This document shows, one piece after another, positions 54,374 to 63,092 of a DNA stretch of 64,000 bases. Source of the stretch: a virus (taxonomy: Duplodnaviria > Heunggongvirae > Uroviricota > Caudoviricetes). The notes under the pieces are model-generated. The model saw only the letters and a program-made list of their open reading frames with translations. It did no database searches and had not been told where the DNA came from. The stretch spans positions 1 to 64,000 of IMG/VR virus record IMGVR_UViG_651703075_000001. One strand, 5' to 3'. Each line of letters begins with the position of its first letter. Position 1 is the first letter of the stretch. A program made the translations under genes and the position numbers.

Positions 54374-54916
54374 GTGACACAAATGAAAAATATCGAACTG
54401 AACATCGGCGGCAAAGACTTCACTTTCAAGGTGGAGGTGGTGAGAGATGATGAGCATGGGGCGCCTTGGGAAGAGCAAGATGGGCATGGCCCTGTGAGCG
54501 ATTGGACCTGTCGAGATAAGCGCCCTGGCGAGTTAGTCTTGAACAGTGACGGAGCCAGGAAGCGTTTCTATGACTTCTCCGAGGCCTGCCGGATTGCCCT
54601 CCGTGATGGTTGGGATTCTTATCCTCACAACCTCTTTGGCGAGCAATCCAAACGCCAGCAAGCTGCAAAGGCCGCCCGTGCCGACTTCGAAAATCTTCGT
54701 GCATGGTGCCAGGATGAATGGTATTGGGTCGGCGTTATTGTCACCCTGCTGGACGAAGAGGGGAATAAAACGGACATCATCGACTCTTTGTGGGGAATGG
54801 CCAGTAACGACGAAGACGGCATATCCCATGAGGCTGGAATCCTCGCCGATGACCTGGCAAGAGGCTATGGCGTCCGCTGGGGCGAGACAGCAAAAACTAC
54901 TTACGAATTCTTCTAA
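54374..54916 (+). CDS. hypothetical protein
   Basis: 180 aa, RBS aaaggtgacac. Confidence 0.5.
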   Translation: MTQMKNIELNIGGKDFTFKVEVVRDDEHGAPWEEQDGHGPVSDWTCRDKRPGELVLNSDGARKRFYDFSEACRIALRDGWDSYPHNLFGEQSKRQQAAKAARADFENLRAWCQDEWYWVGVIVTLLDEEGNKTDIIDSLWGMASNDEDGISHEAGILADDLARGYGVRWGETAKTTYEFF

Positions 54917-54922
54917 AATCGC

Positions 54923-54950
54923 TTGACAGCTTAGGCCATTCGAGTAGAAT
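54923..54950 (+). promoter_or_regulatory. early promoter TTGACA-N16-TAGAATGGCC
   Basis: family consensus with CAAGCAAGACAAAC leader. Confidence 0.6.
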
Positions 54951-54999
54951 GGCCCCAAGCAAGACAAACCACCAACAGGCAAACCCAAGGAACTAAATC

Positions 55000-55506
55000 A
55001 TGACTACTGAAAACCTTACCTCTCAAGAGATCGAAACTTCTGTTGACGAATTCCTGAAGTCAATCGACGTTACCCTGGCCACCGTGCATCGCGGCGAGCG
55101 CAAGGAGGGGGATTGGGTGCATGACCTGTGGAGTGTAAGCTTCATCCATGAGCATGGCGTTCTCGATACTGAATTCCGCACTGGCATCGGGCACCGCAAA
55201 GCCACGATTCCCATGCCTGTTGACATCCGCCGTCTGGCTCCGAACATCCTGGCACGGGTGGAGTGGGAAAAACGTCACATCAAGCCTGTAGCTCCTAAGG
55301 CCGCCTGTATCCTGTCCAGTTTGGTTCGAGATTGTGATGTCGGTGGTTCCACCTTCGAGGAGTTCTGCGGCGACTTCGGTTATGACAAAGATAGCCGGAA
55401 AGCCCTGGACACTTACATGGCATGTCAAGAGATTACATCCAAGCTTCGCCGATTCTTCTCTCAGGAAGAGGTCGAAACCATCCGTAGTCTGGTAGAGCAT
55501 TACTGA
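55000..55506 (+). CDS. hypothetical protein
   Basis: 168 aa, RBS caaggaac. Confidence 0.5.
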   Translation: MTTENLTSQEIETSVDEFLKSIDVTLATVHRGERKEGDWVHDLWSVSFIHEHGVLDTEFRTGIGHRKATIPMPVDIRRLAPNILARVEWEKRHIKPVAPKAACILSSLVRDCDVGGSTFEEFCGDFGYDKDSRKALDTYMACQEITSKLRRFFSQEEVETIRSLVEHY

Positions 55507-55628
55507 TGCTTCGCGTGTGCTACAAGTGTCTACATGTTGGGTATCCTGTTAGAACCCTAAGCCGGAAAACCAAGGTCTGGTACCTAGGCTGCCCCCTCTG
55601 CCGTTCTGGAGTCTTCTTTTCCTGAACC

Positions 55629-55657
55629 CAAGCCCCCAATCCGGGGGCTTTCTTTTT
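55629..55657 (+). terminator. rho-independent terminator (AGCCCCCAATCCGGGGGCT + TTCTTTTTT)
   Basis: GC hairpin + long T tract. Confidence 0.75.
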
Positions 55658-55668
55658 TCCTAAAGGGC

Positions 55669-55696
55669 TTGACCTGGCCCCCTCTTCCTGTAGAAT
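55669..55696 (+). promoter_or_regulatory. early promoter TTGACC-N16-TAGAATGCGC
   Basis: family consensus. Confidence 0.55.
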
Positions 55697-55716
55697 GCGC
55701 ATCAAAGGGAAGCACA

Positions 55717-55956
55717 ATGCTCCCCAGGCATGAGACAAGACCCATGAGCCAGATCAAGATTCAAGAGTACATTATCGCAGAGGTCAAGGTTAACCATTGT
55801 GCCCACCTGCGCAAGGGCCAGACCATCCAAGCCCGCGATGCTAGTAGCAGTGAAAAGTGGATTGCATTCATGGTGGAACGTGGGTATAGTGCCTCTGAAG
55901 CCGCTATCCTGTTCAAAGATGCACATGATGTGGCAATGCTCGAACTGGCAGCCTAA
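55717..55956 (+). CDS. hypothetical protein
   Basis: 79 aa from ATG with RBS aaggga (alt ATG 55744). Confidence 0.4.
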   Translation: MLPRHETRPMSQIKIQEYIIAEVKVNHCAHLRKGQTIQARDASSSEKWIAFMVERGYSASEAAILFKDAHDVAMLELAA

Positions 55957-55981
55957 CACTCGACCTTAATAGGAGTTACCA

Positions 55982-56371
55982 ATGTCTAATGTGACCGTTT
56001 GGACCGAAGAATTTGAAAAAGCGGCAGCGGCTGAGGGCTGGCTTATCTCTAGTACGTTCTCTGAATCAAGCCCCTACGAAGTGCAGGCGATAGATAACCC
56101 GGAAGCCTACAGCATGGATAAGGGGGTCCCCTGCCCTCCTCGTTTGTCGGGTGACCGTGCCGCATGGGCGTTGTTCCTCTCTGGCAAAGAACCCCATCAC
56201 AGTGCGGCCCGCAGCTTCATATCCCAGCACTCCCCTGTAGAATGGAGGCTGATACTGGAAAGCGTCTGCAAAGACTGTCAAGGGCTGGGCCGGGGAGGCC
56301 CTAACACCACGGACGGAGGGGAGCACGACGATTGCTGTTCCTGCTCTGGCACAGGTAGCTCCATTCTCTGA
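55982..56371 (+). CDS. hypothetical protein with DnaJ-type zinc-finger repeats (CxxCxGxG)
   Basis: 129 aa; CKDCQGLG and CCSCSGTG motifs near C-terminus. Confidence 0.45.
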   Translation: MSNVTVWTEEFEKAAAAEGWLISSTFSESSPYEVQAIDNPEAYSMDKGVPCPPRLSGDRAAWALFLSGKEPHHSAARSFISQHSPVEWRLILESVCKDCQGLGRGGPNTTDGGEHDDCCSCSGTGSSIL

Positions 56372-56378
56372 AAAACAT

Positions 56379-56408
56379 CTTGACGGGGGTCCCTGGCTTC
56401 GGCATAAT
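56379..56408 (+). promoter_or_regulatory. promoter TTGACG-N18-CATAATGACC
   Basis: family-like -10 and CAAGCAAACAAAC leader; spacer contains inverted repeat GGGGGTC/GACCCCC. Confidence 0.5.
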
Positions 56409-56443
56409 GACCCCCGTCAAGCAAACAAACCCCGGAGATTCCC

Positions 56444-56959
56444 ATGAACACCTTCGCATACGCCCACTACGTCGCCCGCATGGACAAGGCCTCGGGTTCG
56501 AGCCTTCCCTACTCCACCCTGTTCCGCATTGCCCTTCGTAACGCCTACCGCAAGCCTGGCGTCCGCCAATATGATTACACTGCCCTCGCCGAGGATGTCA
56601 AAGGCCTCGAACTGGCCCAAAAGCGCACCCGTGCTGAAAAGGCTGTCGTGATGGCTGCGGTAATGCGAGGGATTCGCATGGGCTTCACCGTGAGCGTGAA
56701 AGACGGCAGCGATGGCGAATGGGTGGTTCGTCAGTCTACCGATGTCAAGGAAATTTCCGACAGCCTGCAATCCACCTGTGACGATGTTATCCGATTCCGC
56801 AAAGGGTCTGGCCCTGAGAACGTTGTCGGCTCCCTGTGGGCAATCTACGGCAACAGCGCTGGCGAAGTGATCGCGGATTGGTCGGACAATGACACCATGG
56901 CTATGGTGATGGCTCCCGCAGAACGCAAGATGGAAAAATACGCTGAGATGGGGATTTAA
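56444..56959 (+). CDS. hypothetical protein
   Basis: 171 aa, RBS ccggag. Confidence 0.5.
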   Translation: MNTFAYAHYVARMDKASGSSLPYSTLFRIALRNAYRKPGVRQYDYTALAEDVKGLELAQKRTRAEKAVVMAAVMRGIRMGFTVSVKDGSDGEWVVRQSTDVKEISDSLQSTCDDVIRFRKGSGPENVVGSLWAIYGNSAGEVIADWSDNDTMAMVMAPAERKMEKYAEMGI

Positions 56960-57028
56960 TGCTTTACGGGGCCCGGCAAGGGCCCCATAATGCACCCATG
57001 CCAAACAACAGCCCTGGAGGGCAATACA

Positions 57029-57211
57029 ATGAAAACTGGATACCTGAAGAAGGACAGTCAAGAACGTTTCAACCTGAAACGGGCGTGGACAGTGAATGCA
57101 TGGCGCATCGTGGACGCCCTGGGCCGCGACATGGTTCAGCCCTGGGCAAACACAAAGACCGAGGCGCGCCAGACCGCAAAAGCTCTTGGCATCAAGCTTA
57201 TCGAGGTATAA
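57029..57211 (+). CDS. hypothetical small protein
   Basis: 60 aa from ATG with RBS ctggaggg. Confidence 0.4.
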   Translation: MKTGYLKKDSQERFNLKRAWTVNAWRIVDALGRDMVQPWANTKTEARQTAKALGIKLIEV

Positions 57212-57255
57212 TCCTCCAGCGGTAATCGCCAAGGGACGCCAAACAGGAGAAGAAA

Positions 57256-57543
57256 ATGAAGAGCAAGTATGGAAAAAACATCGCTGCGGAATATAACCTT
57301 TCCTGCCGAGTTCGCCGGATTACTTTTGAAAGCGCCCGGCGCCACCCTGACAGTCGCATTGTGAAGCTCGCAGCATCCTACGCCTGTGCTGCCTATGGCC
57401 GTCCTTACAAGGACTGTATCGGTGCCTACAAGGCCGCCAAGCGGCGAGAGAAGGCAATGCGAAACCCCGCCACATGGAAGCTCAACCGGGAAGCTAAGCG
57501 GGCCGTGCAGTGGCTACAAGCTGCCATGAACAAACGCAAATAA
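57256..57543 (+). CDS. hypothetical basic protein
   Basis: 95 aa, RBS caggagaag, Lys/Arg-rich. Confidence 0.45.
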   Translation: MKSKYGKNIAAEYNLSCRVRRITFESARRHPDSRIVKLAASYACAAYGRPYKDCIGAYKAAKRREKAMRNPATWKLNREAKRAVQWLQAAMNKRK

Positions 57544-57548
57544 AGTTG

Positions 57549-57576
57549 TTGACAGCTTAGGCCATTCCTGTAGAAT
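57549..57576 (+). promoter_or_regulatory. early promoter TTGACA-N16-TAGAATGGCC
   Basis: near-identical to 54923 promoter including AGCTTAGGCCATTC spacer. Confidence 0.6.
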
Positions 57577-57626
57577 GGCCATCAAGCAAAGGGAATCACC
57601 CTGAGCAACTGAATAGGTAAAAGACG

Positions 57627-57821
57627 ATGCAAGCAACCTACCAAGCCCTGAAAACTCTGCGCGATGCTTGTGAAGCTGTCAAGGATGAAAAAGGCACCAT
57701 CAACGGAAACAAATTGAATGCACTGCGTAACAAGGCTGTCAAGGAAATGCAAGCTGGTGGTGAAACCTACTCTGACGCCATTAGCATGGCTCACGACTTG
57801 ATTAAGAAGTATCGCAAGTAA
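57627..57821 (+). CDS. hypothetical protein
   Basis: 64 aa, RBS ggtaaaag. Confidence 0.45.
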   Translation: MQATYQALKTLRDACEAVKDEKGTINGNKLNALRNKAVKEMQAGGETYSDAISMAHDLIKKYRK

Positions 57822-57871
57822 CCGTAACCCCGGTTCGCCGGGTCATCACAGAGCATGACCGAGGAGACAAC

Positions 57872-58009
57872 ATGAATAACTCGCCTGTAGTTGTATGTCT
57901 TAAGTGCGGAGCCGTAAATGGCGGACAGAGCAAGCACAATGTTGTAGTAGCTCTGGGTAAGAAGTGGTGCGGACACTGTGGGTCTAATCTCGCAACCCTT
58001 CGTCGCTAA
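57872..58009 (+). CDS. small Zn-ribbon protein
   Basis: 45 aa, RBS gaggag, CLKC...CGHC; preceded by conserved hairpin leader. Confidence 0.3.
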   Translation: MNNSPVVVCLKCGAVNGGQSKHNVVVALGKKWCGHCGSNLATLRR

Positions 58010-58053
58010 CCCAGCCCAGCCCCGGTTCCCCGGGGCATCACCGAGGAAAGATC

Positions 58054-58215
58054 ATGAACGCCACCCTGGCACGTCTTCAGAACGAACGCTGTGCAACTCT
58101 TCGATTGATGCTGCTCCCGGAGCATCGTGGGTACAAGTTCACTGGCCACCCCTGGGCCGAGCGAATTCGCAATCTCCACGATGAAGCCCGGTGCATCCGC
58201 AGCCATCACAACTAA
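58054..58215 (+). CDS. hypothetical small protein
   Basis: 53 aa, RBS gaggaaag; preceded by second copy of the conserved hairpin leader. Confidence 0.3.
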   Translation: MNATLARLQNERCATLRLMLLPEHRGYKFTGHPWAERIRNLHDEARCIRSHHN

Positions 58216-58223
58216 CCCCCTTC

Positions 58224-58250
58224 CCAGCCCGGCACAGCCGGGCTTTCTCT
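58224..58250 (+). terminator. rho-independent terminator (AGCCCGGCACAGCCGGGCT + TTCTCT)
   Basis: GC hairpin + pyrimidine tract. Confidence 0.55.
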
Positions 58251-58263
58251 CATAGGAGGAACC

Positions 58264-58482
58264 ATGAAAGTTCAGATCGGTCAGCATACCCTGGAAGTCG
58301 TAGCTCCCGCCCATAATGTCCCCAAGAGCGACGGGTGTTGCAGTGTGCTTTTGAACGGGACACTTCTCTACGTTGGTTTCAACCCTCGTGACGCTTGGGG
58401 GCTGTTCGAAGACCTGGAGAAAGCCCTACTCAGCGTCGAAGCTCAGTCGGTAGAGTCTGAGGAGGCCTTGCATGACTGGTAA
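58264..58482 (+). CDS. hypothetical protein
   Basis: 72 aa, strong RBS taggagga. Confidence 0.5.
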   Translation: MKVQIGQHTLEVVAPAHNVPKSDGCCSVLLNGTLLYVGFNPRDAWGLFEDLEKALLSVEAQSVESEEALHDW

Positions 58483-58696
58483 CGCCCTGGGGCATTCTCC
58501 ATTCATCCCCTATGCCTCAGTGCCAGGACCTATGTTTGAATTCGAGTGGTTCGACGTAGGGAATGCCGTCATAGAGCTAGAGCCAGGATGGCTAGTAGGG
58601 GTAGGGTTTGGAGTGGATAGCTTGTTTGTACTCACCTGGGTTGAAGGGGAACCATTCGCCGAGCGGCGACCCTGGACCCCTAACCTCAGGTCATAG
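58472..58696 (+). CDS. hypothetical protein
   Basis: 74 aa, ATGA overlap. Confidence 0.4.
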   Translation: MTGNALGHSPFIPYASVPGPMFEFEWFDVGNAVIELEPGWLVGVGFGVDSLFVLTWVEGEPFAERRPWTPNLRS

Positions 58697-59976
58697 ATTC
58701 TCTGCCAGGTGGTCACAAGTTTCTATTCGGTCGCCATAATAATGACCCTGGGGAGGGTCCTACGGACCGTCACGATAACAGGGGAATTATGGCCATGTTA
58801 ACAGGGCCTATAGGCTTCGTAGAAGCCAGTTTAGCTTAGGCAGTACCCTAGTATAGGAAAGGCCTTGAAAAGGCCGTATGCGCGCCCCCAGGGGGCCTAT
58901 CGGGGAGGGAGTGGGCAAGTGCCCCCTCCCCGTGTCTAAGCCTTATCAACTGGACTCTTCGAGTCCATTCCAACAGGCTTCTACGAAGCCATATAATCAC
59001 CAGTCATAATACCAATCATGCGCAGAGCATCCGGGTAGGATGATCAAGCCATTGGTCTCTCCTCTCTGTCAAGAATTCTGTAACAATCACTAGGTCACGT
59101 CGTGACCCATTGTGTAACAGTCGGCAGACTGTCATTCGGGCAGGGGCATTTGCCCCCTTCCTGCCCTCCTAAACTAGCTGGCTTCGACGAAGCCTTCCCA
59201 TGCCACCAACCCAATTATGTAACAGCCTGGCCATGGTCATGGCCCATTGTGTAACGGCATTGCATGCCAGGATCACCAGACAGCCCCAGCCAGTCCAATT
59301 GTGTAACCATTCCCCATCCCAGCAGCAGAATATCCCCAGCCAGGAAGCCCATGACCCTCCCCATTGCATCCTAGGTGCTCAGCCCCTGGAATACGTCGAT
59401 TGTGTAACCCATGACCACCCATGCCCTAGTAGGCCTCTTCGAGGCGAGCTAATGCCGGCGTCTCTCTACCCTCACGGGAAGAGTTCCCCCTTTATTATGG
59501 CGACCGAATAGAGAATGCCCGGTTCATGCGGCCTGTAGGCCATTACAATGGCCAGCCCGGGTAAGGATTGCATTACACAATAGGCTTACCCTCACCCCTG
59601 AATTGACAGGCCTCGAAGAGGCTAGCCAGGCTCAGACAGACAGCTTGAGTTACACAATTCCCCCTCACATATTGCCCCACTCCCCATGCCACACCCCTGA
59701 CATTCAACCCCACGCCCCAGCCTCAGCAGATACATTTGCTTCGACGAAGCCTGGATATTTCCAGATCATGACGGCGCCTCATGGCCACCCTCGGGTCTTG
59801 TTAAATACCCCGGCTGCCTATCTGGAATTTCAGAATCATGATGCCCCTCCCCAGTCACACCCCCAGGCCCGTTCCCCAGGATTCCCCCAGATATATTTCC
59901 CAGGCTGGTGCCCAGGAAGGGTGCCCCCATGTACCCCTGAAATTTTGGCGGGGGTGGGTTTCTGAATTGAAAAATG
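58697..59976. repeat. 1.3 kb non-coding hub with dispersed ATTGTGTAAC repeats (both orientations) and GGCTTCG-N-CGAAGCC / GGTCACG-N-CGTGACC palindromes
   Basis: no ORF with RBS on either strand; at least 5 forward and 2 reverse copies of (A)ATTGTGTAAC; several 7-bp-arm palindromes. Confidence 0.6.
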
Positions 59977-60006
59977 TTGACAGGCCCCTGCCGGGGCTTC
60001 ACAATG
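59977..60006 (+). promoter_or_regulatory. promoter TTGACA-N17-CACAATGGCC driving the paralog array
   Basis: family-type extended -10 (AATGGCC); track ORF 59974 ATG lies inside it. Confidence 0.55.
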
Positions 60007-60039
60007 GCCCCATATTCGCTGCCAGAGAGGAGGCACCCC

Positions 60040-60471
60040 ATGGTTTTGTTTATGTATGATGTTGACCCCGGCTCCCTGCCTGTAGGCTGCTACGGGGCTT
60101 TCCTGAAGACTCCCCACGCCATCCGTGTTGCCCTGTGTGAGCTGGCTAGCTGGGCTAAGGAAGGATGTCCCCAGCATCCCGTGTTTGAAAGACAGAAACG
60201 AATCTGCAACAACGTGGGGAAGTACCTTCTTACCCATGGCAACTACACTCACCTGGCGATGGTGAACTGGAAGCTGGAATACCTTATGTCCTGGGCTGGG
60301 TTTTCCAGAGGGCACCCCCTTCCCTTCGAGCTAGGGGGTAAGCGGGATGAGAAGGGAGAGTATTACGAGAACCCCAACAGGTTGCATTTCCTGGACATGG
60401 TGGTTATGATGTCCAAGATGTATTACAACGATGAGATGAAGCGTTTGGAAGGAGGGAAGAATGATGTGTGA
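60040..60471 (+). CDS. paralog-family protein 1 (W..G.P / R.C.N / AG / YPFE / Y.NP.R..F family)
   Basis: 143 aa from ATG with RBS gagaggagg; motifs SWAKEGCP, RICNN, LPFELGG, YYENPNRLHFL. Confidence 0.5.
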   Translation: MVLFMYDVDPGSLPVGCYGAFLKTPHAIRVALCELASWAKEGCPQHPVFERQKRICNNVGKYLLTHGNYTHLAMVNWKLEYLMSWAGFSRGHPLPFELGGKRDEKGEYYENPNRLHFLDMVVMMSKMYYNDEMKRLEGGKNDV

Positions 60472-60802
60472 GAATGTGCGTTTTGTACTGGCTGTGAAGC
60501 TCCTCCACCCAAAGGTGAAGGCAGGGTTGGCCAGGATGGTCAAGTGGTACAAGGAAGGTATGCCTGGTGACCGCACCTTTTCCAAGTACACCCGGCTATG
60601 CTCCAACATCTTTCTTGAGACAGGTGTTGCGTATGCCCTGGTTGATCTGTTCACAGCTTACGGGCTGTCCTTCACCTCCTCGTACCCCTTCGAGGGTGGT
60701 CAGCGGATAGAGGTCCCTGAGGACATCTACAAGAACCCTCTCCGGGTCAAGTTCCTGCTGGATGTTGGTGCTGTGTTGAAGGAGGAAGGATATGATTGCT
60801 GA
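60461..60802 (+). CDS. paralog-family protein 2
   Basis: 113 aa; WYKEGMP, RLCSN, YPFEGG, IYKNPLRVKFL. Confidence 0.5.
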   Translation: MMCENVRFVLAVKLLHPKVKAGLARMVKWYKEGMPGDRTFSKYTRLCSNIFLETGVAYALVDLFTAYGLSFTSSYPFEGGQRIEVPEDIYKNPLRVKFLLDVGAVLKEEGYDC

Positions 60803-61166
60803 TCTGACATATGCTGAACGTGTTGCTGATTTGAAGTGGGCCTGGGACAGGACTGATAAGGGTCTCCAGGAGGTGCTGAGGGAGTTCGTAGCCTGGTACA
60901 CGGACGGGTGCAGGAATAGTGACCGATTCACCCGCTACTGGCGTATCTGCACCAACGTGAATAACCACTGGGATAGTGGGCCCTATGATGACTTCGAAAT
61001 GGGCAACCTGTTCATCGCTGCCGGGTACCACTACGTCTGCTTCCCGTTTGAGCAAGGGGAGCGCCTGGATACCTCGGACAACATCTACGATAACCCTCAC
61101 CGCAGGGAGTTCCTGGACCTGCTCCATGAGGTGATCCAGCAGGAGGCCCAGAATGAAGCTGTCTAA
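60792..61166 (+). CDS. paralog-family protein 3
   Basis: 124 aa; WYTDGC, RICTN, AAGY, FPFEQG, IYDNPHRREFL. Confidence 0.5.
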   Translation: MIADLTYAERVADLKWAWDRTDKGLQEVLREFVAWYTDGCRNSDRFTRYWRICTNVNNHWDSGPYDDFEMGNLFIAAGYHYVCFPFEQGERLDTSDNIYDNPHRREFLDLLHEVIQQEAQNEAV

Positions 61167-61515
61167 GCAGTTCGTTGCCACCCTGATGGGTGTGCCCATG
61201 CCTGTGAAAGAAGCCCTCTTCGAGCTTGGCAAGTGGAAGCAGGAGGGGTTTCCTGATGGCCATAAGGTGTTCAAGAAGACGTACCGGCTGTGCGATAACC
61301 TGGTAGGTTTCCTGGAGTATCGGTCTCTGGACCAATCCCTCCTTGCACCATGGTGGTCCTACACGTCAGCGTTGTTCCTGGCTGCGGGGTACCCGGGAGG
61401 GTCGTATCCCTTTGAGAATGGAGAATACCTTGACTGGGCGGATGAGCTGTACGATAATCCGAAGCGTCTGAAATTCATCGACATGTGTTGGGAGGTTTTG
61501 AATGGAAATGGGTGA
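61153..61515 (+). CDS. paralog-family protein 4
   Basis: 120 aa; WKQEGFP, RLCDN, AAGY, YPFENG, LYDNPKRLKFI. Confidence 0.5.
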   Translation: MKLSKQFVATLMGVPMPVKEALFELGKWKQEGFPDGHKVFKKTYRLCDNLVGFLEYRSLDQSLLAPWWSYTSALFLAAGYPGGSYPFENGEYLDWADELYDNPKRLKFIDMCWEVLNGNG

Positions 61516-61843
61516 TTATGTGTGGAAAGAGCTTGCACCAGAAGTGAAAGAGGGGCTGTTGGCCCTGGTGAAATGGAAGGATGAAGGCTTCTCCGAGCAT
61601 CCTTGCTTTGACCGAAGGGTCCGTCTGTGTAAGAATTTGGCCTCTTTCTTGGAGGCTAAAGGTATGCGTCGGGTAGAATCTATGGTACTGGTAATCAACT
61701 CCATGTCAGGTTTATTTCTCGCTGAAGGTTTTAAAAAAGGGGCGTACCCTTTCGAGAAGGGGAAGGGAGACCTTCAGCCCATGATCTACACTAACCCCCA
61801 TCGTCTCGAATTCATTGAAACTTGCAGGAGGAAACTGGCATGA
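61502..61843 (+). CDS. paralog-family protein 5
   Basis: 113 aa; WKDEGF, RLCKN, AEGF, YPFEKG, IYTNPHRLEFI. Confidence 0.5.
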   Translation: MEMGDYVWKELAPEVKEGLLALVKWKDEGFSEHPCFDRRVRLCKNLASFLEAKGMRRVESMVLVINSMSGLFLAEGFKKGAYPFEKGKGDLQPMIYTNPHRLEFIETCRRKLA

Positions 61844-62742
61844 CCCTAGACCTAAACAGAGCACCTGCTTCGGCTACCCACTACTCCGTTCGGACGGACT
61901 CTCCCTTTACAACCTTCTGGAGAAAGGAAGGTGATCTGTTTACCCGTATATGGGTAGCTGATGCAGAGGGTTTACGTCTCCCAGAAGGGCGTACTCCCAC
62001 CCCTTACGAGAAAGATGTTGCGAGTGTTTATGCCAAGCCCTTACCATCCCCTCCTCAGGGTGTAGTGGATAATCCTGTCGTGGCTTCATACCGGGAAGCG
62101 TTCAGCCCCGCCCCTCAGGTTGAGTCGGGAGAAACCCGGGCACGTGGGAAAGTGGACTATAGCAGTCTGGACAGCTACATATGGAGCCAGGCCCCCCTTC
62201 AGGCCAACTTCTTCTCCCTGGGGCTGAACGGGGAGTTGAACTGCTGGCTGCGCGTTGAAGAAGACAAGATCGTAACGGTTTGGACGGAGCAGGGTACGGT
62301 GTATAACTATCGATCATCCGACCGACAACCTTCGGTACCTGGTCCGAGATTCCCCCGCCCCCAGAAGAAGGAAGAGGCCTCCCCTCAAGAGTGGGACGGT
62401 GAAGGACTCCCTCCTGTCGGCTGCACCGTCCAACTGGTGGACATCTCTTCTCCTGTGAGCCCGCCTTTCGATGAGTGGTTGCTTGGGGACTACCTGGAGG
62501 TGATCGCCCACAAGGAGGTTTGTGGAACCGTTCGTCCTGTCGTGTGGAATGACAGGAAGCAGACGGGATCGTCCATCCTTCCAAGGCTGATTAGCCCTGT
62601 GTCCCAAGAGACTCTGGCTGCCGAGAAGGAACGCCAGCAAGGTATCCAGGAAATGGTCTCTTTGGTGAGCAGCATGGACCTTGCCCGTGCCCTGGAAGTG
62701 CTGTATGATGCAGGCTATCGTAAACAGGAGGACACCGAATGA
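61840..62742 (+). CDS. hypothetical protein (Pro-rich, not family member) embedded in paralog array
   Basis: 300 aa from ATG overlapping upstream stop with RBS ggagga; lacks YPFE/NP-R motifs. Confidence 0.45.
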   Translation: MTLDLNRAPASATHYSVRTDSPFTTFWRKEGDLFTRIWVADAEGLRLPEGRTPTPYEKDVASVYAKPLPSPPQGVVDNPVVASYREAFSPAPQVESGETRARGKVDYSSLDSYIWSQAPLQANFFSLGLNGELNCWLRVEEDKIVTVWTEQGTVYNYRSSDRQPSVPGPRFPRPQKKEEASPQEWDGEGLPPVGCTVQLVDISSPVSPPFDEWLLGDYLEVIAHKEVCGTVRPVVWNDRKQTGSSILPRLISPVSQETLAAEKERQQGIQEMVSLVSSMDLARALEVLYDAGYRKQEDTE

Positions 62743-63092
62743 ACACCCATGAACGACTGCTACGTGCTGTGCAAGCTCTGCCTCGGGACCTGATCCCGTC
62801 CCTGCATGACCTGGTGGCCTGGTACCACTCAGGCTGCCCGGATGGGTCCCCGTTTAACACCTCCCGTAGGATATGCGGGAACGTATACCGACACCTCATC
62901 TGCAAAAGAGGGGTGAGTCCTGAAAGGGCCTGTGATCTGGAGGACTGCCTGTACTCTCTTTACGAGGCCTTCCTGGATGTTGACCTCAGCGACGAGGGGT
63001 TCCCATTCGACGACGAAGCGACAATCTACAAGAACCACTACGACAACCCGCTCCGCATGGCCTTCCTCAAGTGTCTGTCGGAGGTGCTGTGA
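62739..63092 (+). CDS. paralog-family protein 6
   Basis: 117 aa; WYHSGCP, RICGN, FPFDDE, YDNPLRMAFL. Confidence 0.5.
   Translation: MNTHERLLRAVQALPRDLIPSLHDLVAWYHSGCPDGSPFNTSRRICGNVYRHLICKRGVSPERACDLEDCLYSLYEAFLDVDLSDEGFPFDDEATIYKNHYDNPLRMAFLKCLSEVL

Noticed and set aside
59974-60039. ATG at 59974 as start of first paralog gene
   Set aside because: It lies inside the -35 hexamer of the promoter. The downstream ATG at 60040 has a proper RBS (GAGAGGAGG) and aligns with the family N-termini.
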